Shown here: one piece after another, positions 8,685 through 17,725 of the stretch | How positions within the stretch are numbered: position 1 is the stretch's first letter | Layout: each line of letters opens with the position of its first letter | Origin: an uncultured Actinomycetota bacterium | Lineage (GTDB): Bacteria > Actinomycetota > Actinomycetes > Streptosporangiales > Streptosporangiaceae | DNA: 64,000 bases | Direction of reading: 5' to 3' | Assembly (NCBI GenBank): GCA_963729365.1 | Contig: CAVSNQ010000008.1 | Location: 66,632-130,631, forward strand | Position numbers and translations under genes: made by a program | The notes under the pieces: model-generated | Databases searched by the model: none | Told to the model about the DNA's origin: nothing | The model's input: only the letters and a program-made list of their open reading frames with translations

Positions 8685-9407
8685 TCAGGAGACGACGGCG
8701 CCGACCGCGGCCCCGATCCCGAAGGTCAGGCCGGCCGCGGCGCCGGCCAGCACCAGCTGGCGGAGCGCCCCCCGCAGGAACGGGCGGTCGGTGATCCGGG
8801 CGACCAGTCCTCCGCCGACGAACGCGGCGACAGCGGCGAGCACGAGCGCGGCGGCGAGCGAGCTGAACCCGGCCAGGTAAGGCAGCATCGGGATCAGCGC
8901 CCCGAGCGCGAACGTCACCAGCGAGGCGCCGGCCGCGGTGGCCGGGGACGGCAAGTCCCGGTGGTCCACGCCGAGCTCCTCGCGGACGTGCACCTGAAGT
9001 GCCTCGTCCGGATGCTCGGAGACCTGCCTGGCCACCTCGTCGGCGAGGTCGGCGTCCACGCCGCGCATCCGGAACACCGCGGCCAGCTCCCGCCGCTCGG
9101 CCTCGGGATGGTGCTCGAGCTCGAACTTCTCCTTGCGGACCTCGGCGGCGACCAGCTCGTTCTGCGACGACACCGAGACGAACTCGCCGGCGGCCATCGA
9201 GAACGCCCCCGCGGACAGCCCGGCCACGCCGGCCAGCAGGACGGCGTGCGTGCTGCCGCCGCCGCCGACCACGCCGGCGATCAGGGACACATTGGTGACC
9301 AGGCCATCCATGGAGCCGAACACGGCAGGGCGCAGCCAGCCGCCGGACACGTCACGGTGCTGGTGGCCGTGCGCCTCCTGGTCGTGCTCCTGGTTGGCCG
9401 GGAACAT
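8685..9407 (-). CDS. VIT1/CCC1-family iron/manganese transporter
   Basis: Inner part of ORF 8685..9719(-), from ATG 9407: MFPANQEHDQEAHGHQHRDVSGGWLRPAVFGSMDGLVTNVSLIAGV...AGEFVSVSSQ. A central cytoplasmic helical stretch is followed by C-terminal TM helices. Confidence 0.85.
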   Translation of the reverse strand: MFPANQEHDQEAHGHQHRDVSGGWLRPAVFGSMDGLVTNVSLIAGVVGGGGSTHAVLLAGVAGLSAGAFSMAAGEFVSVSSQNELVAAEVRKEKFELEHHPEAERRELAAVFRMRGVDADLADEVARQVSEHPDEALQVHVREELGVDHRDLPSPATAAGASLVTFALGALIPMLPYLAGFSSLAAALVLAAVAAFVGGGLVARITDRPFLRGALRQLVLAGAAAGLTFGIGAAVGAVVS

Positions 9408-9528
9408 GTACTTGGGTGCCTCGGGAATCCGCCTGGATGATGGCTGGGTGATGCCGGCCGCCGGGTCGGAAAGAGATTCGTGCCTCAGGGCCCCGGGACG
9501 ACCCGGACTAACGAGCCGCCATCGCCCA

Positions 9529-11013
9529 TTATTCCTTGCCGCGGCCGGTGACCAGCCCCTGCACCCCGGCACGGAGCAGGCGCTCGATGTCCTCGCCGAA
9601 TGGCCGGTCCTCGCCGATCGGGCCGATGATCTCGGCCAGCCGGGCCAGCACCCCGCGGCACCCGGCCGGAGCGGGGCGCCCGGACAGCGACCAGGCCTGG
9701 TATCCGGCCAGCAGCTCACACGCGGTGACGACGTGAGCGTGGTGCCGGGCGCCGCGCAGCGCCTCGGCGGCCTCCCAGGCGAACGACTGCACGTCCTCCT
9801 GGCCGCCGGAGGTCTCGATGAGCCCGACCGGGGAAGGGACCGCGAGCCGGCGCAGCGCGTGGACCTCGCCGGCGGCCCGCTTATGCACGGCGACCAGCCC
9901 GGCGTCCGGGCCCGGACGCCGGGCGAGCTGAGCGGGCAGGCCGGTGACCCGGGCGTCGAGCAGCCGGTGCAGCCGCGCCGCCGAGACCTCGGCCGCGTGC
10001 GCGAGCGCCGCGGTGAGCAGGTCGGCGTGGGCCGCGAGATCGATACCGTGGAATCCCGCGGTGCCCACGAACCTCCCGTCGAGGAACGCGGGCGAGTCGG
10101 TCACCCCGGTGAGCGCGCGCTCGATCGCGGCCGCGAGCGCGTGGCCCGCCCGCAGCACCTGGGTGAGGACCGGGCCGGCCACCCGGAACGACACCGGCGC
10201 CTGCAACCCGCGGGGCTCGGGCAGGTCGCCGGTGGCCGCGCGGAGCCGTCTCAGCACGTCGGCCAGGATGTCGTCGCCCCGCGCGCACGCGGGGGAGTAG
10301 GGGTCGCGGGACGCGCCGGCCGCCGCGATCGACAGCGCCGCGGCCGACTCCATCACCGCCTCCAGGGCCCTGGCCTCGGCCAGGCGCATCACGGCCAGCG
10401 CGGTCGTCCCGGGGACGCCGGCCAGCAGCGCGTGCCCTTCCCTCGGGCCGAGGCGGTACTCCCTGAGCCCGCGGGCGCGCAGCGCCGCTGAGGCCGGCCC
10501 CGTCTCGCCCGATCGCCCGAGCACCCGGCCGATCCCGACGAGGGGCCCGAACGCGTGCGCAAGAGGCATGATCTCGCCCGCGCTGCCCACCCCGGTGCGG
10601 GGCACGGCCGGGACGACGCCGGACTCCAGCAGGCCGGCCAGCTGTCGGCACAGCGCGGCGGACACGCCGGAGTCGCCGGACAGGAACGTCCGCAGCCGGA
10701 CCGCGATGATCGCGCGGACGTCGGCGGCGTCCAGCCACGGCGGGCCTCCTGTCGCCCGGGCCAGCATCAGGTTGCGCTGATGGGAGAGCTGCTCGGCCTC
10801 GGTCAGGCGGACGCCGGACAGCGCGCCCATGCCGGTGGTCACGCCGTACACCGGATCGCCGCGGCGCAGCGCGGCCCGTGCCGCGCCGCACTGCCGGTCA
10901 ACCTCATCCAGCAGCGCGGGCGCGATCTCGGCCGGCTGCCCGGCCGCGATCTGGCCGATCCGGCCGGGATCCAGGTCGGCGGGCGCGGTGATCAGGCCGG
11001 GCGGCATCGTCAC
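9529..11013 (-). CDS. aromatic amino acid / histidine ammonia-lyase family protein with non-canonical Ser-Ala-Gly at the MIO position
   Basis: ORF 9529..11013(-): PVYGVTTGMGALS (Tyr loop), VPAVPRTGVGSAGEIMPLAH (aligned with GxxGASGDLAPLxH), SPAFLDG, QEDVQSF. GTGA overlap with the upstream OCD-like gene. Confidence 0.85.
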   Translation of the reverse strand: MTMPPGLITAPADLDPGRIGQIAAGQPAEIAPALLDEVDRQCGAARAALRRGDPVYGVTTGMGALSGVRLTEAEQLSHQRNLMLARATGGPPWLDAADVRAIIAVRLRTFLSGDSGVSAALCRQLAGLLESGVVPAVPRTGVGSAGEIMPLAHAFGPLVGIGRVLGRSGETGPASAALRARGLREYRLGPREGHALLAGVPGTTALAVMRLAEARALEAVMESAAALSIAAAGASRDPYSPACARGDDILADVLRRLRAATGDLPEPRGLQAPVSFRVAGPVLTQVLRAGHALAAAIERALTGVTDSPAFLDGRFVGTAGFHGIDLAAHADLLTAALAHAAEVSAARLHRLLDARVTGLPAQLARRPGPDAGLVAVHKRAAGEVHALRRLAVPSPVGLIETSGGQEDVQSFAWEAAEALRGARHHAHVVTACELLAGYQAWSLSGRPAPAGCRGVLARLAEIIGPIGEDRPFGEDIERLLRAGVQGLVTGRGKE

Positions 11014-12038
11014 CGGTAACGCAGCATCGTGCCGGCGTCCGTCTGCTCGGCCCGGCGCAGGATCAGCGCGCCCACCGCGATGTCCAGGATCGACAGTCCC
11101 CGGTGCCAGAACAGGATCCGCTCGTCCGGGCGCTGGCGCCCGGGGCGCTGGCCGGCCACGATCTGGCCGAGTTCGGCGTACAGGGACTCCGGCGAGAGCA
11201 GGCCGCTGTCGACGTGCGGCCGCAGCGCGCCGAACCGCCCGGACTGCGCCTCCCGCCAGTCGTCCACCACGACCTTGTCCATCACGCCGAGGAGGTCAAG
11301 CTCGACGGCGCTGACCGTGCCGTAGGGGACCACGAACGCGCCCGGCCGGACGGCGCTGGTGCGCAGCAGCGGCTCGGGCTCGCTCAGCCGGGAGGCCTCG
11401 ACCAGGATGTCGGCGCCGTCGAAGGCTTCGTCCGGCGTGGCGGTCACCCGGACCGGCGTGCCGGTGACGCCGGCCAGCTGCCGCGCGAACGCCTCCCGCG
11501 ACTCCGGCCGGCGGCTGGTCACCCGGATCTCGTCAAGATCGAACATCTGGTCAAGCAGGACCACGTTCCAGAACGCGGTGCCCCGGGCGCCGACGTGGCC
11601 CAGCACCCGCGCGTCCGGCCGGGCCAGGTACCTGGCGCCCACGGCGGTCATCGCGCCGGTGCGGCACGCGGTGATCAGGGTGGCGTCCATGATCGACAGC
11701 GGGATCCCGGTGCCGGGGTCGTAGAGCGTCAGCAGCCCGAGCTCGCTGGGCAGCCCGCGGGCGTAGTTGTCCACGAAGTCGCCGACCACCTTGACCCCGG
11801 ACAGGCCGCCCGCCCCGAGCCCGGGCAGGTGCCCGCGGAGCACGTTGAAATGGCCGGCGCGCCCGTCGCCGGGCACCAGGTGCACCCGCGGCTCGAACAC
11901 GACGCGGCCCTCGCCGTGAGCGAGGACCGCGCCTTCCACGGCAGTGACGATCTCGGCGCCGGTCAGGCCCAGCGCGTCGATGTCAGGACCGGACAGGAAC
12001 CGGATCCACAGGCTCGTTCCGGCGCCCGGCTGGTCCAC
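11010..12038 (-). CDS. ornithine cyclodeaminase / mu-crystallin family protein
   Basis: ORF 11010..12038(-): ATLITACRTGAMTAVGARYLARPDARVLGHVGARGTAFWNV (Rossmann region typical of the OCD family). Confidence 0.85.
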   Translation of the reverse strand: MDQPGAGTSLWIRFLSGPDIDALGLTGAEIVTAVEGAVLAHGEGRVVFEPRVHLVPGDGRAGHFNVLRGHLPGLGAGGLSGVKVVGDFVDNYARGLPSELGLLTLYDPGTGIPLSIMDATLITACRTGAMTAVGARYLARPDARVLGHVGARGTAFWNVVLLDQMFDLDEIRVTSRRPESREAFARQLAGVTGTPVRVTATPDEAFDGADILVEASRLSEPEPLLRTSAVRPGAFVVPYGTVSAVELDLLGVMDKVVVDDWREAQSGRFGALRPHVDSGLLSPESLYAELGQIVAGQRPGRQRPDERILFWHRGLSILDIAVGALILRRAEQTDAGTMLRYR

Positions 12039-12053
12039 GACGGCGGGTGCGGG

Positions 12054-13748
12054 TCAGCTCTTGGTCGCGTTGTACAGGAAGATGTGGCCGATCGCGGTCG
12101 GGTAGGCACCGCTCACGTTCTTGGCCGTGGCCGTCAGGTAGTTGTAGAAGTACGGAATGATGATCGGCGTCTGGTCGAGCAGCAGGGTCTGGATCTGCCC
12201 GGCGATCGTGCGCTGGCTGGACAGGTCGGCGGTGGCGATGTACTGGGCGGCCAGCTTGTTGTACTGCGCGTTGTTGAAGTGCGCCGCGTTCCACGAGCCG
12301 GTCCCGGTCGTCGCGTTGTAGGTCTCCAGGGTCGCGGTCAGGAACGCGTTGGGCACGCTGCGGTGGCCGTAGTCGACCAGGCTCATCGTGGCGTCGAGCC
12401 AGTCCGAGTTCCCGAACGTGGCCTGACCGTAGTACGTCGACGAGCTCTCGACCGTCAGCTTGATGTTCACCCCGATGGCCTTCGCGGACTGGGCCACGAT
12501 CTGCGCGAGGTCCGGGATCTCCAGGAGCATCTCGGTGGTGAGGTGCGTGTCGAACCCGGACGCGTGCCCCGCGGCCGTCATCAGCGACTTCGCCTGGGCG
12601 ACGTCCTGGGTCCGCTGCGCGACGCTGGTGTTCGTCGACGGGAACACCGGCGCGAACGGGCTGTCGTTGCCCAGGTCGGCGTAGCCCTTGAACAGCGCCT
12701 GCACGATCGCGGGCCGGTCCAGGGTGAGCGCGATCGCCTGGCGCACCCGCGGGTCGGTGAACGGGGCCTGGTCGCAGCGCATCGACAGCTCGCGGTGCGC
12801 GCTCGACTTCAGCTTGATGATGTTGTACGGGGCGCCGGCGGCGAGCAGCTGCTCGCCGCCGGACACCGCGAACTGCCCGACCACGTCGATGGTCCCGCTG
12901 GACAGCGCGAGGATCTCCGGGGTCTGGTCCGAGTAGAAGGTGAACTGGGTCTCGGCGGGCAGCGCCTTGGTGCCCCAGTACGACTCGTTACGGGTGAACG
13001 ACGCGCCGACCTTGGCCGTGTAGCTCTTCAGCACGAACGGGCCGGTCCCGATGAACGAGCTCTGCCAGTTCGCGGGGTCGTAGTTGTTCGGGATGATGAT
13101 CATGTTGTAGTTGTCGGACGAGACCAGGTACGGGAAGTTGCCGTTCGGGGCCTCGAGGTGGAAGGCGACGGTGTAGTCGTCGACCTTCTGCACGCCCGAC
13201 GGAGACAGCACGCCGCCCAGCGCCGACAGCGCGTTCGACTTGCCGGCCGGGTTCGTCTGCAGCTTGAAGGTGTACACGACGTCGTCGGCGGTGAGCGGCG
13301 AGCCGTCGTGGAACTTGACCCCCTGGCGGATCTTGAACGTCCACACGTCCCCGGTGGAGTTGGGCGTCCAGCTCTCGGCGAGCACCGGCTTCAGGGTCAG
13401 GCTCTGGTCGGAAAGGCACAGGTACTCGCCGGTCTGGGCCAGCATGTCGAGGCCGCCCTGGTCGGCCACGGTCACCGGGTTGATGGCCGCGGTCGGCACG
13501 ATGATCCCGACCCGGATGGTCGCGCCGGACTGGCCGGCCGAGCTGGGCGTGGACGACGGCGAGCTGCTAGAGCTTCCGCACGCCGAGACGATCGCGCCGA
13601 GCAGCGGCAGCGAGATACCGACGACCGAGCCGCGCCGGATGAAGTCGCGGCGCGACATCCTCCCGGCGGCGAACTCGTCGATGACATGGTTCGCGATGTC
13701 GCCCTGGCCTTCTCTCAGCCGGCCGAGGCGGCGGTGGTCTGCGTTCAA
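12054..13748 (-). CDS. ABC transporter substrate-binding protein, family 5 (peptide/nickel/opine type), Tat/lipoprotein signal
   Basis: ORF 12054..13748(-): twin-arginine SRRDFIRRGSVVGISLPLLGAIVSACGSS (lipobox Cys), then a typical family-5 body. TTG 13748 follows GGGAGGA. ATG 13658 is an alternative start. Confidence 0.9.
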   Translation of the reverse strand: MNADHRRLGRLREGQGDIANHVIDEFAAGRMSRRDFIRRGSVVGISLPLLGAIVSACGSSSSSPSSTPSSAGQSGATIRVGIIVPTAAINPVTVADQGGLDMLAQTGEYLCLSDQSLTLKPVLAESWTPNSTGDVWTFKIRQGVKFHDGSPLTADDVVYTFKLQTNPAGKSNALSALGGVLSPSGVQKVDDYTVAFHLEAPNGNFPYLVSSDNYNMIIIPNNYDPANWQSSFIGTGPFVLKSYTAKVGASFTRNESYWGTKALPAETQFTFYSDQTPEILALSSGTIDVVGQFAVSGGEQLLAAGAPYNIIKLKSSAHRELSMRCDQAPFTDPRVRQAIALTLDRPAIVQALFKGYADLGNDSPFAPVFPSTNTSVAQRTQDVAQAKSLMTAAGHASGFDTHLTTEMLLEIPDLAQIVAQSAKAIGVNIKLTVESSSTYYGQATFGNSDWLDATMSLVDYGHRSVPNAFLTATLETYNATTGTGSWNAAHFNNAQYNKLAAQYIATADLSSQRTIAGQIQTLLLDQTPIIIPYFYNYLTATAKNVSGAYPTAIGHIFLYNATKS

Positions 13749-13761
13749 GGGATCCTCCCTA

Positions 13762-13794
13762 ACTCACCGGGCGCGTACGCGGGCCGGTGTGAGT
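13762..13794 (-). promoter_or_regulatory. imperfect intercistronic stem-loop just upstream of the binding-protein RBS
   Basis: ACTCACCGGGCGCG-TAC-GCGGGCCGGTGTGAGT read in the 76-nt gap between the ATPase stop (13825) and the SBP start (13748). No flanking U-tract on the transcribed strand. Confidence 0.3.
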
Positions 13795-13824
13795 GAAAAA
13801 AGCTACGTTCCTGGCCGGTCCTTG

Positions 13825-15885
13825 TCACGGTGCCTGCCCGGTGCGCTGCAGAATTGTTAGCTGATCGATAGGAATATGACAGCTCATCAGGTGGCCGGGC
13901 GCGACCTCGCGGAGCGGCGGCTCGGACGATTCGCACTCGCCGGTGGGCAGCCGGCGCGGGCAGCGGGTGTGGAACACGCAGCCGCTCGGCGGGTTGGCGG
14001 CGGACGGGATCTCGCCGTGCAGCCGGATCCGGGTGGGGTGCTGCCCGTCCAGGCTCGGCACGGCGGACAGCAGCGCCTCGGTGTAGGGGTGGTGCGGCCC
14101 GGCGAACACGGCCTCGGCCGGGCCGACCTCCATGACGCGGCCGAGGTAGAGCACGGCGATGCGGTCCGACAGGTACCGCACCAGGCCGAGGTCGTGGGAG
14201 ATGAACAGGTAGGTCACCTGCTCCTTGGCCTGCAGGTCGACCAGCAGGTTGAGGATCGCGGCCTGCACCGACACGTCCAGGGCCGAGGTGGGCTCGTCGC
14301 AGACCACGATGCGAGGCCCGCCCGCGAACGCGCGCGCGATCGCCACCCGCTGCTTCAGCCCGCCGGACAGCTGGCTCGGGCGCAGCGAGAGCTGCCGGTC
14401 CTCCATCCGGACCGACCGGACCAGGTCGGCCAGGCGCTCGCGCAGCCGCGCGCCGGACAGGCCCGCCAGCCGGGACAGCGGCTGGCTGATCAGCCGACGG
14501 ACCGTGTGCCGCCGGTTGAGCGCCGAGTCCGGGTTCTGGAACACGATCTGCAGCGCCTTGAGCTGGTCGCGGGAGCGGCGCCGGGCGTCGGCCTGCAGCG
14601 GCTGGCCGTCGAGATCGATCACGGAGCCCTGGTCCGGCGGGATCAGGCCGAGCAGCGCGCGGGCCAGGGTGGTCTTGCCGCTGCCGGACTCGCCGACCAG
14701 CCCGAGCGTCTCGCCCTCCTCTAGGGTGAGGTTCACCCCGACCAGGGCCTTGACCGCCTCGCCGCGCTGGTCGAACGTCTTCGACAGCCGCTCGAGCTGC
14801 ACGACCGGCCCGCGGTCGTCGCGTTGCGAAGGAATCTTCAGGTCAACCGGCGTGTTCCGGGGCAGGTCCGCGGTCTCGTCGTGCAGGTAGCAGCGCGAGG
14901 TCCGGTCCGGGCCGGTGACGAACGCCGGCGGCGCGGCGGCCCGGCAGCGCTCCTCGGCGATCGGGCAGCGCGGGGCGAAGATGCACCCGGGGAGCGTGTG
15001 GCCGGGCGGCGGCAGGAAGCCCGGGATGGTGTCCAGCCGGCCGTGGTCCTTGCGCTGCCCGCCGCGGGGGATGCAGCGCAGCAGCCCGACCGTGTACGGG
15101 TGGCGCGGCTGGGCGAACACCTCGCGGGCCGGGCCCTCCTCGACCAGCTCCCCGGCGTACAGGACCCCGACCCGGTCGCACATCTTGGCGATTACGGCCA
15201 GGTTGTGGCTGATGAACAGCACCGAGGTGTCGAACTCCTCGCGCAGCGCGGCCACCAGGTCGAGCACCTCCGCCTCGACGGTCGCGTCCAGCGCCGTGGT
15301 CGGCTCGTCGAGGATCAGCAGCGACGGCTCGGCGGCCAGCGCCATCGCGATCACTACCCGCTGCGCCATCCCGCCGGAGAGCTGGTGCGGGTACCGCTCC
15401 ATCACCCGGCCCGGGTCGGAGATCTGGACCTTGCGGAGCATGTCCTCGGCGCGCGCGAGGGCCGCCCTGCGGTCCAGGCCGGCGATCTCGTACACCTCGG
15501 CCACCTGGTGGCCCACCTTGATCGACGGGTTCAGCGCCCGCCCGGGCTCCTGGTAGACCATGGACACCGTGTGGGCCCGCAGGTCGCGCAGCGCTCCCGG
15601 CCCCATGGCCAGCGGGTCCAGCCCGTTGATGCTGATCGTGCCCGCGCTCACCCGGCCGTTGCGGGGCAGGTACCTGGTCAGCGCGAGCGCCACCGTGGAC
15701 TTGCCGGAGCCGGACTCGCCGACCAGCCCGTACGACTCGTTCCGGCCGATCTGGAACGACACGTCGCGCAGCGCCCGCCGGTCCTGCCCGCGCACCCGGT
15801 AGGTGACGTCCATGTGCTCCACCGCCAGGGCGGGAGCCGTCCCGCCCGCGGCGCCCGGGGCCGCTGTCGTGTCCGCCGCGGTCAC
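13825..15885 (-). CDS. ABC transporter ATP-binding protein, fused double ATPase (DppD/DppF-like)
   Basis: ORF 13825..15975(-). Two complete cassettes: GESGSGKST / LSGGMAQR / LILDEPTTALD and GESGSGKTT / LSGGLKQR / VVCDEPTSALD. GTG 15885 overlaps the permease stop (GTGA). Confidence 0.9.
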   Translation of the reverse strand: MTAADTTAAPGAAGGTAPALAVEHMDVTYRVRGQDRRALRDVSFQIGRNESYGLVGESGSGKSTVALALTRYLPRNGRVSAGTISINGLDPLAMGPGALRDLRAHTVSMVYQEPGRALNPSIKVGHQVAEVYEIAGLDRRAALARAEDMLRKVQISDPGRVMERYPHQLSGGMAQRVVIAMALAAEPSLLILDEPTTALDATVEAEVLDLVAALREEFDTSVLFISHNLAVIAKMCDRVGVLYAGELVEEGPAREVFAQPRHPYTVGLLRCIPRGGQRKDHGRLDTIPGFLPPPGHTLPGCIFAPRCPIAEERCRAAAPPAFVTGPDRTSRCYLHDETADLPRNTPVDLKIPSQRDDRGPVVQLERLSKTFDQRGEAVKALVGVNLTLEEGETLGLVGESGSGKTTLARALLGLIPPDQGSVIDLDGQPLQADARRRSRDQLKALQIVFQNPDSALNRRHTVRRLISQPLSRLAGLSGARLRERLADLVRSVRMEDRQLSLRPSQLSGGLKQRVAIARAFAGGPRIVVCDEPTSALDVSVQAAILNLLVDLQAKEQVTYLFISHDLGLVRYLSDRIAVLYLGRVMEVGPAEAVFAGPHHPYTEALLSAVPSLDGQHPTRIRLHGEIPSAANPPSGCVFHTRCPRRLPTGECESSEPPLREVAPGHLMSCHIPIDQLTILQRTGQAP

Positions 15886-16775
15886 GAGGCGAGCACCTGC
15901 TCGATGGAGTCGGTGACCAGGTTGACGGCCACGATCAGCGAGGCGATGGCCAGCGCCGGGAACAGCGTCTCCCACCAGTAACCGGCGGGCAGCACCCCGT
16001 AGTTCGCGGCGATGTCCGAGCCCCAGTCGGGGGTGGGCGGCTGGACCCCGAAGCCGAGGAAGGACAGCGTGGCCACGGCGAAGATGGCGTACCCGAGCCG
16101 GACCGTGAACTCGACCAGGATGACCGGGACCACGTTCGGCAGGATCTCGGTGAACATGATCTGCACGGGCTTCTCGCCGAGCAGGCGGGCGGACGACAGG
16201 TAGTCGAGCTGGCTCTCCACCAGCACGGCGGAACGGACCGTCCGGGCGATCAGCGGGGTGAACACGATCCCGATGACCACGATCAGCGTCGGCGTGGACG
16301 GCCCGAGCGCGACGATGAACAAGAACGCGACGATCACGATCGGCAGCGCGAGCACGGCTTCCACCACGCGGCTGACCAGGATGTCCAGGACGCCACCGAG
16401 GTACCCCATGAGCAGGCCGAGCGCGGTGCCGAGCAGGGTGGCGAGCACGGTGGCCGCCGAGGCGATGACCAAGATACTCCGGGAGCCGGTGATCACCCGG
16501 GACAGCACGTCCCGGCCGAGCTGGTCGGTTCCGAACAGGTGCGCCCGGGACGGGGGGGTGTTGACGGCCAGCAGCTGCTGCGCGAGCGGGTTGTGCGGGG
16601 CGATCGCGGTGCCGAACACGGCGCAGAAGATCCAGAACAGCAGGATGACCGCGCCGACGATGAACGTCGGCTTGCGCAGCATCAGCCGCCAGGCCGGCTG
16701 CTGGCGGCGCAGCGCCATCTGGGTGACCGCCGTCTCCACGCCCGGGACCGGGGTAGGCGGCCCCAGCTCGATCAT
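15882..16775 (-). CDS. ABC transporter permease (DppC/OppC-like)
   Basis: C-terminal 297 codons of ORF 15882..17759(-), from ATG 16775: MIELGPP...FIVGAVILLFWIF...HLFGTDQLGRDVLSRV...SSARLLGEKPVQIMFTEILPNV. ATGA overlap with the upstream permease. Confidence 0.9.
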   Translation of the reverse strand: MIELGPPTPVPGVETAVTQMALRRQQPAWRLMLRKPTFIVGAVILLFWIFCAVFGTAIAPHNPLAQQLLAVNTPPSRAHLFGTDQLGRDVLSRVITGSRSILVIASAATVLATLLGTALGLLMGYLGGVLDILVSRVVEAVLALPIVIVAFLFIVALGPSTPTLIVVIGIVFTPLIARTVRSAVLVESQLDYLSSARLLGEKPVQIMFTEILPNVVPVILVEFTVRLGYAIFAVATLSFLGFGVQPPTPDWGSDIAANYGVLPAGYWWETLFPALAIASLIVAVNLVTDSIEQVLAS

Positions 16776-17725
16776 CCGGAGCCTCCGAGTCGCAGCCGCG
16801 GGTTGAGCGTGGTGTAGAGGATGTCCGCGATGAGCGTCGCGACCATGTACACCACGCCGATCGTGAGCACGCCCGCCTCGAGCATGGGGAAGTCCTTGTC
16901 CGTGGCTGCGGTGAAGATCAGCTTCCCGATGCCCTGGTAGTTGAACAGGGTCTCGACCACGACCAGCCCGCCGATCAGGTAGCCAGTCTGGGTGGCGATG
17001 ACCGTGATCGTCGGGAGCAGCGAGTTCCGCAGCACGTGCCGCCGGATCACCACCGACCGCTTGAGGCCCTTGAGCGTCGCGGTGCGCGTGTAGTCGGACT
17101 CCAGCGCCTCGATCGTGCCGGCCCGGGCCATCCGCGCGATGTAGCCGAACAGGATCAGCACGAGCGGGATCACCGGCAGGATCAGGTGATAGAGCTGAGA
17201 CCCGGCCGACGCGCCCGGCCCGGCCGAGGCCGAGACCGGGAACCACTTCAGCTCCACGCCGAAGACCACCAGGAGCACGATCCCGGACACGAACTCGGGC
17301 ACGGTCGTGGCGGACAGGCCGGTGACCGAGATGATCCGGTCCGGGGCCCGGCCGTAGTTGAGCGCCGCGACCACCCCGCCGAGGATGCCGAGCGGCACCA
17401 CGACGATGAAGGCCAGGGCGCCGAGCTTGACCGAGTTCACCAGCGCCGCGCCGATGAACGGCGCCACCGGGGTCCGGAACTCGTAGGACTGGCCCAGGTC
17501 GCCGTGCAGCAGCCCGGTGAGCCAGCTCCAGTACTGGGTGAGCAGCGGCCGGTCGACGCCGAGCGACTGGTCGAGCGCGTGCACGGCGCTCTGCGCGGCC
17601 AGCGGGCCGAGAATCGCGCGGCCCGGGTCGCCGGGCAGCACCTGCCCGGCGAAGAAGACGATAACGCTGAGCAGCCAGAGAGTGACGACAGCCAGCCCGA
17701 GGCGCCTCAGGATGTACGTCGCCAC
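16772..17725 (-). CDS. ABC transporter permease (DppB/OppB-like)
   Basis: ORF 16772..17779(-). Likely GTG start at 17725 (VATYILRRLGLAVVTLWLLSVIVFF...LPGDP). EAA-type loop: YTRTATLKGLKRSVVIRRHVLRNSLLP. Confidence 0.9.
   Translation of the reverse strand: MATYILRRLGLAVVTLWLLSVIVFFAGQVLPGDPGRAILGPLAAQSAVHALDQSLGVDRPLLTQYWSWLTGLLHGDLGQSYEFRTPVAPFIGAALVNSVKLGALAFIVVVPLGILGGVVAALNYGRAPDRIISVTGLSATTVPEFVSGIVLLVVFGVELKWFPVSASAGPGASAGSQLYHLILPVIPLVLILFGYIARMARAGTIEALESDYTRTATLKGLKRSVVIRRHVLRNSLLPTITVIATQTGYLIGGLVVVETLFNYQGIGKLIFTAATDKDFPMLEAGVLTIGVVYMVATLIADILYTTLNPRLRLGGSG

Noticed and set aside
9408-9528. Rho-independent terminator or Mn/Fe riboswitch between the HAL-like gene and the VIT transporter gene.
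   Set aside because: Only a 5-bp CCGGG/CCCGG hairpin without a U-tract is present, and no riboswitch consensus was recognised. This is too weak to report.
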